Shown here: positions 51,808 through 64,000 of the stretch, piece after piece
How the letters are laid out: each line of letters begins with the position of its first letter
Numbering within the stretch: position 1 is the stretch's first letter
DNA from: Psilocybe cubensis
Taxonomy: Eukaryota
Length of the DNA stretch: 64,000 nucleotides
Direction: 5' to 3'
Assembly (NCBI GenBank): GCA_017499595.2
Contig: CM039003.1
Span: 3,162,001 to 3,226,000 of the forward strand
Translations under genes and position numbers: made by a program
Notes under the pieces: model-generated
Seen by the model: only the letters and a program-made list of their open reading frames with translations
The model's database searches: none
Told to the model about the DNA's origin: nothing

Positions 51808-54170
51808 CTACTCTTTGGACGTTTTCTGTGTGGAACTTGTAACATCGTCGGGATATAGCTAACAAATTGCACGGAGTCAGCGCAATCCTAAGCACATCCG
51901 AGAATACTCACCTTTCCTGGATTGAAAATCCCAAGGGGGTCTATTGTCTTCTTGATTGTTTTCATAAGCTGAACTGTCCCTTCGCCGAGCTCTCCTATGA
52001 GATATTCTTTCTTTCCAATACCTACCCCATGCTCTCCGGTACCTGAAAGAAGGCATCTACCTCAGCATTGCTTACAAAAGAAGTCAATTAAGTGGGCTTG
52101 TGCATACAAGTCCCATCCAGCGCAATCGCGCGCTTGACCATCCGGTGCACCAGCTCTTTTGCGCGCTCCATCTCTTCATCCGTTTTGAACAGAATCAATG
52201 CATGGAAATTGCCGTCCCCAACGTGCCCGACAATCGTAGACACAAGGCCTGCGTTCTTGATGTCTTGTTTGGTTTCATACACCAGTTGTGGGAGCTTCGA
52301 CACAGGGACGCTAAAAAGAGGAGGTATAGTCATTTATTAGCAATGATGGAATAGCAACCGATGAAAAACCCTACCAAACGTCAGTCGGCCAGCCTTTGCT
52401 GCCGTCTACCAGTGCAAGTCCAGCATAGTGCGCATTCTTCCTGTCAGCCCAAAGTTCGTCTGCTTCATTAGCATCGCGCGCAAGGCGGAATCCCGTCCCA
52501 CCGTGTTTCTCAGTTATTTTCTTCACGATCTCCGCGGTTTCACGCAGGGAGGCGGACGCTGATGGAGAAGCAGAGCCGATGGTAGCTGGGCCCTGGAACT
52601 TGAAAAACAGGCTGTCTTTTTCGGGGTAAACCTTTTTGGACATTCCGAATTTGTTGATAGCGGACATAAAGACATCATCCACCAACTCGACGCATTCTAT
52701 AAGACGCAATCAGAGGGAGGTATGAAAGCAGTGTGATAAAGGACCTACGTATACCAACGCCAGCCTGCATCACATCCATGACGGCTTCAGTGGCTTTCTG
52801 TACATTCGGGAAATGAACAACAGCAACGGTCGTTGGCAAGACTGGCGCCAGTCGAATAGTCACTGGCATGGCAAACTGTATCTGCTTGAACGTATGTTTA
52901 GATGATAAATAGAAAATTACCTTCAGTGATTATGCCGAGAGTCCCCTCAGCGCCGATAAACAGTTTGGTGGTATCAAACCCTGCTGAAGACTTTCGAGAA
53001 CGTTGTCGTGTTTTAATCACTTCTCCAGATGGCAGTACCACCGTCTATTGGTCGTGAATCTTATTGCCACGGGCCCATAATACAGACTTACAACGTTGAG
53101 GAACCATTCTCCTTTGGCGGTTCCATATCTAACTGCGTTCGCTGAACTTGATTTCAGCCTCAATGAACATGTTCAGTTGGGCAGAACATACTTCCTGAAC
53201 AACCCGTGCTCAACATGCCGCCTATGGTTGCCCCTGGGGCAGGATCGATCTTTGATTGTCAATATAGAGACCTGATACAAATACAAGCTGCTCACTGGGA
53301 AAAAGAGAGGGATTCCTAGCGACGCAAGTCAGCCGAAAGCGTAACACAGTGGACATGAAAATTACCCTTTTCGCGAAGAGTCTCATTTATATCCATCCAC
53401 CTCACTCCCGGTTGACAGACAAGGTCACCGTCTTTCTCTGTATCGAAAATAGGATCAGTGTCGTATTTTGAGATGCGGAGACGAACCGTTGATTTCGATA
53501 ATATGATCCATGTTCCCCATATCAACACATATCCCCCCAGTGCTGTGCTAAAGAAAAGTTATAAATTTAGGCAGCATCATTGAATGTTGACCTACTCCAC
53601 GATAATGGCCTTCCAGACTTGTGGCCCCAGAATATGCAGTAATTGGTACCCGGTACTTTGTCGCTATGTTGACAATCTTCACGACATCCTCAGTAGATTC
53701 AGGATATACAACGACACTGTGCCTCATGCCTAAGTGTATGTTTAGTGGCAGTTTCCGGAAACTTTATCTTATAACCTACCCGGGTGATGATCATTTGCTG
53801 AGAATCCATGGTCATGAAGGTCATCAGGGTCAGTGGATACTTTACTTCCTGCTCCAAATATTTTTTTCAAATCTGAAATTGCATTCTGAATATCGTCCGA
53901 GGATCCAAACTGTGGGGTCTCCGACTTCAAATAAGGGGAGTCTGTAAGATAAACAGCTGTTCCAAACCCTAGTGAGGCGCTAATGAGTACTGATAAGGCG
54001 ACCTGAAGGCCGGAGAAACGATGGAACCGAGGTGTAGGATTGGATATGGTGTGCACTGATGAAAAATATTTCGCAGGCCGTGTAGCATTTAAACTTCTAT
54101 GAGGTGGGTAATGTTTCATTGACAGGTAAAGAGATGAGCGTAGGCCTCGAGCGAGCATCGTGCTAGACAT
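51808..54170 (-). CDS. DLD1: Mitochondrial D-lactate dehydrogenase (cytochrome), FAD-linked VAO/PCMH family, paralog A; multi-exon
   Basis: Arg/Ser-rich presequence and a hydrophobic segment, then [66 protein letters not shown]. Confidence 0.9.
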
Positions 54171-55684
54171 ATTGAATATATTCCCTGAAGCAAGGAACAG
54201 CAAAGGAACAGTGGCAATGGCAGACTGTTGACAGTGGGATGATCGGGGTAAGTTATCTGCTGAAGTGAACTTTCTGACTGAGTTTCTGGTATTTTGAGCG
54301 AAACCAACGAGGGTAAAGTAGGTACAATGTACTAAGGCAACGATAAAGAGAAGGACAGATGATCTAAGTCATGGATAATTCAAAAGCAAGGGAGTCATCG
54401 CCGAGAGTCGCCCTTCAGTCACGGGTGTCATACCAGTCATATGATAGACGTTACGTAAGCGTCATGCAAACCGTTACCCTTCGGTGCAACACGGTACACT
54501 GAACTGATTCAAAACCAAATCAAAACCACATGCTTTTTACCTGAAATCTGTTCACTATGTGCGGGGCGACAAGAAACGGGGCGCTTCAAGCTCAGACTAC
54601 GGATCCCTGCTGATTAGGGACTCGTTGGTTGTCAAAAATGTGGGGCTAGGTGACAGGGTTTCAATAACCAGACGACTGGATGCCCCGGGAGGTCGCTAGC
54701 AAATTAAAGAATGTTATTCACAAGGTGTGTTTGCTTGTTCGTGCGTCTGTCTGCTTCTCCGAATGGTTAGCTTATCTCTCCTTGTATTTCGAATTGTCTT
54801 TGAAATTTCCTCTGTATTGCAGCATTGGATGGTTTGGCTGAAGATTTTTCCCTCTTTCTGGAACTGCAGAACCGATGTGATATTTTTGTGGAATGGTGGA
54901 ATACGGCTTGTAGGTGCGATACGGTTATAGTCGAGTCTCTGTTGTTTTCCAGAACTTCACATATCTTGGTGCGGAAGGTGAATTTTTTAATTCTATTCGC
55001 TCTTTTACTTTTTAAACATTTGAATGGTCGCCATGGAGAACTATGAATGGCAAAGCTGCTGGTCGAAGGTTAAGCTGGGACTTGTCGCAAGTTCTTGTCT
55101 CGAACGGATCTATATCTGCGGATAGTTCTACGACCTGTGATCCAGGTTTGGACCTCATTTCCGTGTTATTGATTGATATAGCACAAGTTGTCTTCGATCT
55201 ACCCGTCATTGTTCAAATCGCTGCTTACTGTACATCGCAAGTCCTCCCTCGAAAGGTCGACACGAGAAGACTGTTTCAACTTCATGGGAATCAAAGAACA
55301 ATTCGATTAGAGTATATGGACGGCATGACTCAATATTTAACCTCCTTGTCTCAATTCTCATGGATTCTGTCATGAGCTCGCCTTCGGGAAGTGCCATTCC
55401 CGGGAAGCTCCACTTATAGCAGGAATCCATCACCATCTATAGATATACTCTCCGAGAAATTTTCAACTTCATGGGGCAACTTCAAAGTAAAACGCAGCAC
55501 TGTTTGTTTTTGGTCTTGGCTGCGCCTATACTTTCTCATCGGACGCTCGTTTCATCATTGAAGGTACTCACGTTCGCTTCATAGTTAATGAATAGGTGAG
55601 TATAAAACCACCACAAGCCACAGGGCTGCCTCCCTAACCTGTTTTTCAGGCCTCAAAGCAGACCCAATACATTGGGAGACCATA

Positions 55685-58044
55685 ATGCGAAACACGCATG
55701 CGCTTCTTTCACTCGCCCTGACCGCCGGCTCAGTCGCTGGTGCAGGCTGGAATTTTGTTCAGAACGGAACTTCAGGTGTCTTAGCTCTCGAAGCGATATT
55801 TGTGTCACCAACGCTGGCCATTTTCTTCGACCGTGCAACCAATGACCCACTCACGATCAACGATCATCCCGCATGGGGTGCTTTGTGGAACATTGAAACC
55901 AACACCGCAACCGCTTTGGATGTGAAATCGGACACTTTCTGTGCATCGGGAGGGTTCCTGAGTAACGGCACTATGGCACGTATTTTTTCGCGAAGATGAC
56001 GAGTTTGATAAGAGATAGACGCTGAGGTCTGCCTTTTTAGGTCAGTGTTGGTGGACACATCCCCGTTATTAGTGCGGCGGTTGATGGCCGTATGGCTATT
56101 CGTTTGTTTGAGCCCTGCGCCGACCCCGCAGGCAATAATTGCACCCTCTTCGAAGACCCAGAAAACCTTCATCTTGCAGAGACAAGATGGTACCCTTCTA
56201 GTCTGAGGATTCCCGACGGCTCTTTGGTATGACCTTATTTTGCATAAGCTCTCTACAGCCGCTGAATTGATGTTAGATGATTGTCGGAGGAATTCACGAG
56301 CGCACACCGTTTTACAACGTAGACCCAGTCAACAACTTTGAATTCTTCCCCCCAAAAGATGGCGGAGTTCCTCGACCATCTGCCTTCCTTGAAAGGAGTC
56401 TACCTGCCAATCTTTTCCCAAGGTAAGATATGGTTAACGATTTTCCAGACCAAACAAATTGACTTACCGTCATGATTGCAGAGCTTTCCTCCTTCCCGAT
56501 GGTCGCGTATTGATGATCGCGAATAATCAAACCATCATATATGACATTGAACAGAATACTGAAACAATCCTGCCCGACATCCCTAACAAAGTGCGCGTGA
56601 CAAATCCTTTCGATGGAACTGCCACTCTTCTCCCTCTTTCCCCGCCCGATTTTACTCCTGAAGTCCTGGTTTGTGGTGGAACAACTACAAGCGACCAAAT
56701 CCAACCCGCAAATCTATCGTCACAGGACCCAGCGACCAGTCAGTGCAGTAGGATGACCATAACTCCTGAGGGTATCAAGAAAGGCTGGGAGGTTGAGCAC
56801 ATGCTTGAGCCTAGAATTATGCCTGAGATGATTTTGTTGCCCAATGGAGAGGTATTGATCGTAAATGGAGGCAAGACCGGCTACGCTGCATTCGGAACTG
56901 TCCCCGATGCTGTAGGGAACCAGTCCAACGCCGACCACCCTGCGTAAGTGTGTTTTTGCTTGCTGTGGCTGACAGAGATCGTTCTAAAGCCCCAGATAAT
57001 GTTGTTGCTTCCTTCGTGGTTACTGACCACACCTTCTCAGATTCACCCCCTCAATCTACACACCCAGCGCCCCTCTAGGCAAGCGAATTAGCAACAAGGG
57101 AATGCCCACCACGGACATTGCTCGGTTGTACCACTCCGTCGCCAGTCTAACACCTAATGGGTGAGAATACGAACTCATGCTGTCATCTGTCCTAAAAATT
57201 GACACTAATGTATTCTCGTCCGGGTCTCACAGTAACATTCTCATTGCCGGGTCAAACCCCAATGGCGAGGTAGTGAATGGAACTAAATTTGGAACGTTCG
57301 TGCGATTTTTCTTTTCCGTTTCTGCGTTTGTAGGGTGCTGATATGTCGTCTGTTCTTTGACATTTGTCGTGCATAATCTTGTATGGAACCTACAGTGAAT
57401 TCCGCGTTGAATATCTCAACCCGCCATTCATGTCTGAGGCCCGCCCCGTTCTCTCTAACGTTCCCAGCAAAATTGCTTTCAACAAGCGCTTCACCATCGA
57501 CGTCGATGTGCCTCAACATCTCCCGGCATCTTCCATCAAAGGTACGCCCCTCTTATTCTAAAACGCTGGCCACGTTTTCTGGTAGCTCAGACACGCCAAT
57601 CGTGTGTCTACATTGAGTGCCACGGCTCTTTAAACTCTTTTTAAAATTGTTTTTACCCTTTCCTGTGACATTTGGCTGACATCGAATTGCCAGTGGCCCT
57701 CATGGACCTTGGCTTCTCCTCGCACGCTTTCCATTCAAGCTCCCGCCTTGTCTTCATGGAAGCCACTCTCTCGCCCAATCGTAAATCGCTCTCCATTCTC
57801 AGTCCTCCAAACAACAAGATTTACCCACCAGGTCCTGGTAAGCCGATGTCTCCTTTAATAGCCGTATGGTGGCATGTAGGACAGTTCGCTAATTCTTTGA
57901 TCATATTTTCTCTCCTATCTCTTTCACACTGGATGAACAGCATTTATTTTCGTGACTATCGACGATGTTACGAGCGCGGGAACCCGTGTAATGGTTGGAA
58001 ACGGGCTTCCGCCGCCTGTGGCCGATCAAGGAGTTCCACTCTAG
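55685..58044 (+). CDS. glx: Secreted glyoxal oxidase / copper radical oxidase (CAZy AA5_1); multi-exon
   Basis: Signal peptide. All five active-site residues are visible: Cys (DTFCASG), Tyr (RWYPSS), Tyr-His (RLYHS), His ([10 protein letters not shown]). Also AGSNPN and YPPGP. Confidence 0.92.
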
Positions 58045-58202
58045 AGGACACTTACCATTGCAAGTCTCTCTTTTGATTTGAGTATGTTGCCGCCAGCGGA
58101 CATTTGTATTAATTATTTCTTGAATTTATAAATAAAAAGAGACGTATATTGTGCAAGTGGTATCGTGAAGGTCGTCAATCGTGAAGTAAAGTAATCTACA
58201 CA

Positions 58203-60624
58203 TTACTTCTGGTTCGTGTCAGGATGATGTTTTGCTCCGGATAGGTTTGATTCTGGGTACAGCTAGATGTTGGTTGAATAAACTTGCAAGTGATTCAGAT
58301 CTAACCATGTTCTCACCTTTCCAGGATTGAAGAGCCCCAGAGGGTCAATTGCTCGCTTGACTGTCTTCATGAGGTCGACTGTTCCCTGACCAAGTTCTTC
58401 TACAAGATATTTCTTTTTTCCTATACCAACACCATGTTCTCCGGTGCCTAAAGCAGTGAAGTAAATCAGGAGTCAGCAAGTTGAAAATGACATGTCACTG
58501 ACAAGTTCCATCCATTGCTATAGCCCTGTGTACAATCCTAGCTGCAGCCTTCTGGGCAATCTTGAGCTCATCGTCGTTTGTGAAAAGTAAAAGGGCGTGG
58601 AAGTTCCCGTCTCCGACATGACCGACAATTGATGAAAGAATGCCAACGTTCTCTAGATCTTTCTTTGTTTCGTACACCAGTTCAGGAAGTTTGGAAACAG
58701 GAACACTGAAATTTGTAGGCGGGTAATAAGTAGATGCAGATATTTCGCGCTATAACCGAAAGTGGACACGAACCAGACATCGGTAGCCATTCCTCTGCTG
58801 CCTTCAATCAATGAGAGGGCAGACCAATATATATTCTTCCTATCCATCCAAAGATCTTCGGCCTCTTTCTCGTTTCTCGCAAATGAGAAACCTGTGCCGC
58901 TGTGCTTGGCCACGACCTTTTCAACAGCCTTTGCAGTGTCCTTCAATGAGGCTTGAGATGGTCCCTGGAACTTGAAAAAGAGCGAATCACGTTCCGGCCA
59001 CTTTCGTATAGACATGCCGTAGTTGTTGGTCGCTCGCATAGAGGTGGCGTCCAGAAGCTCTACGCATTCTATGTGAAAGAGAACTTGATGAGAGCCCCCG
59101 AGAAGTTTGCAAAGCAAAGGACGCACGAATCCCTAAGCCTTGATTGATAACCTCTGTAGCAGCTGCCGTGGCAGATTTAACATCGGGGAATTGCACAACA
59201 GCCACGCTAGTCTGCAGCACGGGAGCCAGTCGGATGGTCACTGTACATGATAAGTCATTATTCAGTAATGGCGAGTTTAACTCGTACGTTCTGTTACAAT
59301 TCCTAACGTCCCTTCGGCTCCAATGAAGAGCTTCGTGATATCGAATCCAGCGGCAGACTTTCGGGATCGGCTCCGAGTCTTGATCACTTCGCCAGAAGGT
59401 AAAACGACAGTCTATTACGATAACGGAGGCTTAGTCTAGAGAAGAAGAGATTTGCCTGGTGAGGTAAACTTACCGCATTCAAGAACCACTCTCCTTTGGC
59501 AGTTCCGTATCTGACAGCATTCGCTGAATAGAAGCTGCTTTCAGACCTGTGTCATATTCATTGGAAGCTACATACTTCCTGAGCATCCAGTGCTCAACAT
59601 TCCGCCAACTGTGGCCCCCGGACCTGGATCAATCTAAATAAAGATGTATTCAGTCGTCATACGTTGACGAGACGTAGATCTCTCGTACAGGGAAAAACAG
59701 TGGAATCCCTATCGCGACACCAGTCAGTCCAAAGTCATGGCCACTATCGCTGAGCCTCACCTTTCTTCTTGAGCATTTCGTTGATATCCATCCATTGTGC
59801 GCCTGGTTGACACACAAGGTCGGAATCCTCCTCTGGGACCGTATATGAGTCTTGATGTGCCCTCAAAAAGAATCCTTATTTACCGTGAATCTCCAACACT
59901 TTGTCCATACGGCCAACATCTACACAGATACCACCCACGGAATGCTATTTTTATCAAAGAGCTGGGGCTTTAGCTCGAGAATCAAGGAAAAGAAGAGCCA
60001 TCTGGGGACTCACCCCCCGGAAGTGGCCTTCCAGACTTGTGGCTCCAGAGTAGGGTATTACAGGCATGCGGTATTTGGTCGCAATTTTGACAATTTTTAC
60101 CACGTCCTCTGTCGACTGCGGATATACAACAACACTATGCAGCATAGCTATGTAGATGTTAGCTTTTCGAACGCCGTAACATGAAGGGGCTTACTGGGAT
60201 GGTAGTCGTTGTCGGAGAATCCATGATGGCGGAGGTCCTCAGGGTCCGTCGACACAGCGTCAGGCGTCAGAGACGCGTGCAACTCGTCAATAGCATTCTT
60301 GAAGTCACTAGGAGATCCAAACTTGGGGGAGTCAGGAACACTCTGCGACGAATTCCGCTTTGCATTCTGCTCAGACAAGAAGAACCCCAAGCTTCCGCTT
60401 GCTACAGACACAGCGATGACCACAGCCGCCTTCCCGAATCCTCCCCGATGCACATTTTTGTCCTCGGCGTGCGAACTCGCGCTATGTCCGGACGTGGTAT
60501 TTGTAGAATAGAGTCGTGGGGTGGCTGTCGCCGTAGCCAGTCGCCAGGCGCTGCAATGGCCACGCACATGAGCAGCGCGACTCCATGTACGCACACCGGT
60601 GCAAAGGCTGGGCCAAAGAGGCAT
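58203..60624 (-). CDS. DLD1: Mitochondrial D-lactate dehydrogenase (cytochrome), paralog B; multi-exon
   Basis: Presequence and TM segment, then [60 protein letters not shown]. Intron layout appears to match paralog A. Confidence 0.9.
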
Positions 60625-61990
60625 GATGGAAGTACGAACCAAGAGATTTCTTGCCGGTGGCGTCTCTTGGGGGGTTATCATTTCAAGGTCTTGGTGAGAT
60701 GTTAATTCCATGGAGCTGGAACCCCGCAACTCCGGGCTTAGTAGGCAGGCCGATGTGCGTGTGAGAAATCTGTAATTTCGGAAATCCTGGCAGTTCGGAG
60801 GTCAAACGTTTTGGTTATGAACGACTGATCTCCGCCTTCGCTCAGCTATCGCCCTCTGTGTGGCTTCTATACAGCACTTAAAGCATGCATTCTTGAGTGA
60901 GACTTAGGCCGATAGTGCGTTGTTTCACACGCCAAATAGATAACTAGATTTCTCAGTGGCTTCCATCAATGCCTCACAGTTATCTACAACGATCAAGTTC
61001 AACAAGATATTCTTCTGCGCGTCGAGTTGCCATATGCTCATGGTATCCTTCCTGATTACGTTCTAAATTTGTCTATCGTGTAGTATTGTTTTCTCGTTTT
61101 GTAGGTGCATCGCCGGACCCGGTAAAAGACTGAAGCGCCAAACGAGATGGATTCTATTCAAGAAGATGGGATGTCATTTTTGTTATATCTCTTAAAAATG
61201 GGAAGACTTCAGTAGAAAGGCTAAATCAGCGTGATTCTAGCGTTTCGACATGATAAACATTGAAGTGTTTCGTCATATTTAAACATATTGCCGTTTCAAA
61301 CTCTGACGGCACACACTCCACAATGTACCCTCGAGGCTCAGGTGGTAGGCTATGAAGAAGCGAGTTTTGTTATATGTGAGATTATTTAAATGAGGTAAAT
61401 TTACTAGGTGAAATTAGCTTGATAGTGGTAGTAAGGATTTGGTGTACAATATTATGAAGGCCACAATTTTATGCTTACATATTCCAATGTTATGCACTCT
61501 CAAAGGATCTCAGTGGAATGTGTATCGCACAATCGATCAACGGTACTTCGGTGACGGTGGATGTTGTCGCATTTCAAACCGAGTTTACATTTATCTAATT
61601 GATGGTATCACCATTGCATCTTTACATCTCCAGGTTCAGGCTTAATAAATTATTGAGTACTTGTATACAGGTCTTTCTGGATAACAACAAAACTAGATCT
61701 TAAAATTTCAGTTGCTGTCAAAAGCCTCATATTCCTGGCTTTTCGCAGGATTCTGAGCCGGCAATAACTCAGCAAAAAGGTCGGAAATTCAAATATCTTA
61801 CCACTCGACATCAAATTATCAATAGGGGAGAGAGGTCAGAGTGGAAGATTCAGCGCCGATTCAGTGACGCAATTCAGAGGCGATTCTGGTCATCAGAAGC
61901 GTGTGATGAAGCTGAATCGCCTCAGAATTTGAATCGCTGAATCGACTGTGAATCAGGTCAATTCTGTGCAGCTTCAGAATTTCGATTCTA

Positions 61991-62546
61991 TGGCTGCCCA
62001 AGTGGGGGAAATATTCCCTGTAAATATAATTTCTTTATTTTTGAAGAGTGCATCAAGAATAAAACAAAATTTGTGTGCGGAAACATGTGTTTGGTGCGCA
62101 GATTGCTTTCTGGGGTAGTTTGATGATTCCGTGAACACAATTGGCTGCGCGGAAACATATTTCAGACATAATTTGCAAGTGCGAGTACAATATTTCTGCC
62201 CTAAATTATACTTAATGTGTAAATTGCATGCGCGTAAATACATTTTGTGCGCTGAACAAACCTTGTAATGCGCGGAAAACATTGTTAATTCTCGCCCAAA
62301 GTGGCCAGCCGCAATTGCCGTGATTATGTAAATTGATCCATTATGGCACTTCGGCATAAGTTCAAAAATTATGTCTGAAATATGTTTCCGCGCAGCCAAT
62401 TGTTTTCATAGAATCATCACACTACCCCAGAAAGCAATCTGCGCACCAAACAAATGTTTCCGCGCACAATTTTTTTTATTCTTGATGCACTTTACAAAAA
62501 TAAGGAAATTATATTTACGGGGAATATTTCTCCACTTGGGCAGCCA
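61991..62546. mobile_element. MITE, 556 bp, with about 185-bp imperfect terminal inverted repeats and a TA TSD (Tc1/mariner-like)
   Basis: TGGCTGCCCAAGTGG... at 61991 mirrors ...CCACTTGGGCAGCCA at 62546. TA at 61989-61990 and 62547-62548. Internal TGCGCGGAAACA motifs recur. Confidence 0.85.
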
Positions 62547-62629
62547 TATAACAGAGGCACATAATCTACAAACTAAATATCGATGGACGCCAGCAGTGGA
62601 TCGAGGGATCGAGTACTGGATAAAAATAA

Positions 62630-62649
62630 ATTCGGAAAATCCCGACGTG
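62630..62649. repeat. Solo transposon terminus identical to the right end of the 505-1188 foldback element
   Basis: ATTCGGAAAATCCCGACGTG matches 1169-1188 exactly over 20 bp and is followed by TGA. Confidence 0.85.
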
Positions 62650-63243
62650 TGACAAAGATAATTGTTTCGGAAATTCGGCCATCAAGTCCGAGAACTGATA
62701 ATCACGTGCGCTTTTTTGTTCGGTTGATGCTCCATCTCTGTTTCGTCGTGCCAGACAGCGGTCGCGGGTGGTGACCCATCCAATATCCTATTTATTCCTT
62801 GACTTTTTATTATATCTCTCGCAACTTACTCTATCAGGTAGGTCCTTACATCTGGGCTGTACAAAATCGAGGTTGAAAGAAAATTAGGTCACTTCGAAAC
62901 TCGATTTTGGCTAGGTCAGTCAAACTCTGAAAACGATACCAACAAACGAGAAAGCTGTTCCAGATGCACACGTATAACATTCAAAATGTGACATGTATCA
63001 ACGTAAAAACATTGGCAGTCGATTGAACCTTCGAGCTTTACATGTTACACCCAACTCCAAGCCATTCACCTTCCTTCAGGTACAGGTCAGCTGATGGATT
63101 ATCAACCCTGGTTATTTGCTTACACACAGAAACATATTAGGACATTCGTTTCTCGTCGTGGCGCTCAATTGTTACTCAGATCCAGACCTTGTCTCAAGCG
63201 CTCAACTAATTCGAAGACAACGCTCAGGAAGTTTGCATTAGCT

Positions 63244-63474
63244 ATGACAGTTCTTCATGGATGGCACCGTGGCGAACGTCTGGTGCGCCAGCACCTAGGA
63301 TTCGATAAAATCCCTGCTACCAACTATCTCTACTCCAACATCGCTGGAGAAATGCCTGATCAGCATTCGACGTTCTATTGTACCCGCCTTCACTTTCTTC
63401 CTGTTTGTGTTCTAGACGACGAACAACGTCCTTGGGGCTCTGTTCTGGTCGGAACAAATGGAACTCCAGGCTAT
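63244..63474 (+). pseudogene. 5' part of a pyridoxamine 5'-phosphate oxidase-like FMN-binding oxidoreductase gene, truncated by an insertion
   Basis: MTVLHGWHRGERLVRQHLG...MPDQHSTFY...FLPVCVLDDEQRPWGSVL matches my recollection of this fungal family's N-terminus. Coding character stops abruptly at GTPGY, where CACTG and repeat arrays begin. Confidence 0.7.
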
Positions 63475-64000
63475 CACTGCGGGCGCCGACCGCTGTAAGT
63501 TAAACATACAGCAGAAAACTTACATGTCTTATGTAAGTTTCGCTGTAAGTTCGACATACAGCACACGTGTATGAAAAACAAACAGTCGGCAAAGACATAT
63601 TGTGTTTGGTGGCTGTATGCCGACCAAACACAATTGCTGTAAGTAGACTGTAAATAGAATAAACACCGAGATTACACAATTTCTTTTTGTCCGGTGTTAG
63701 TATAATATACACAATTGCTGTAAGTCATACAAACAGCACTTGTGTAAGTAAAACATACACACAAAGAAAACAAATTGTGTATGTCATACTTACACAATTC
63801 CTGTAAGTAAGTGCTGTAAGTTAAACATACACCTGAACTTACAGTAATCGACTCGCTGAGCGAGTCGACAAGCGCGCGAAGAATTCGCATTTTTGGCGCG
63901 ATGTCGACTCGCAGACGATGATAACACGATGGCATGCGTCGTTCTGGCGACTCGCTGCCCTTTGAAAAATCTCGCAGTCGTCAATGTGTAGTGCGCGATT
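63475..64000. mobile_element. Left end of a CACTG-terminated (CMC/EnSpm-like) element with subterminal repeats, running off the window
   Basis: CACTGCGGGCGCCG at 63475, followed by many GCTGTAAGT / AAACATAC repeats in both orientations (about 63490-63845) and GACTCGC motifs. The matching right end is not seen. Confidence 0.7.

Overview
Intron-rich fungal DNA, most likely from a wood- or litter-decaying agaric (inferred from short GT-AG introns, a class II peroxidase, a copper radical oxidase and FuA-type GSTs). Left third: seven two-exon GSTFuA-like glutathione transferases interrupted by an Nha1-type Na+/H+ antiporter, followed by an NADP-dependent double-bond reductase. Middle: orphan genes, including four proteins with divergent CxWxxC...H...H zinc fingers, an F-box-like protein and an atypical manganese peroxidase (Glu/Ser/Asp Mn site, no catalytic Trp). 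Right third: a Jen1 carboxylate transporter, eIF3e, and a glyoxal oxidase sitting between two D-lactate dehydrogenase paralogs, which may be a methylglyoxal/lactate/H2O2 module. Non-autonomous DNA transposons: a 684-bp foldback element (TAA TSD), an 851-bp MULE-like element (9-bp TSD), a 556-bp MITE (TA TSD) and a CACTG-ended element that truncates a flavin-binding gene at the right edge. All gene models were assembled by eye and no database searches were run.
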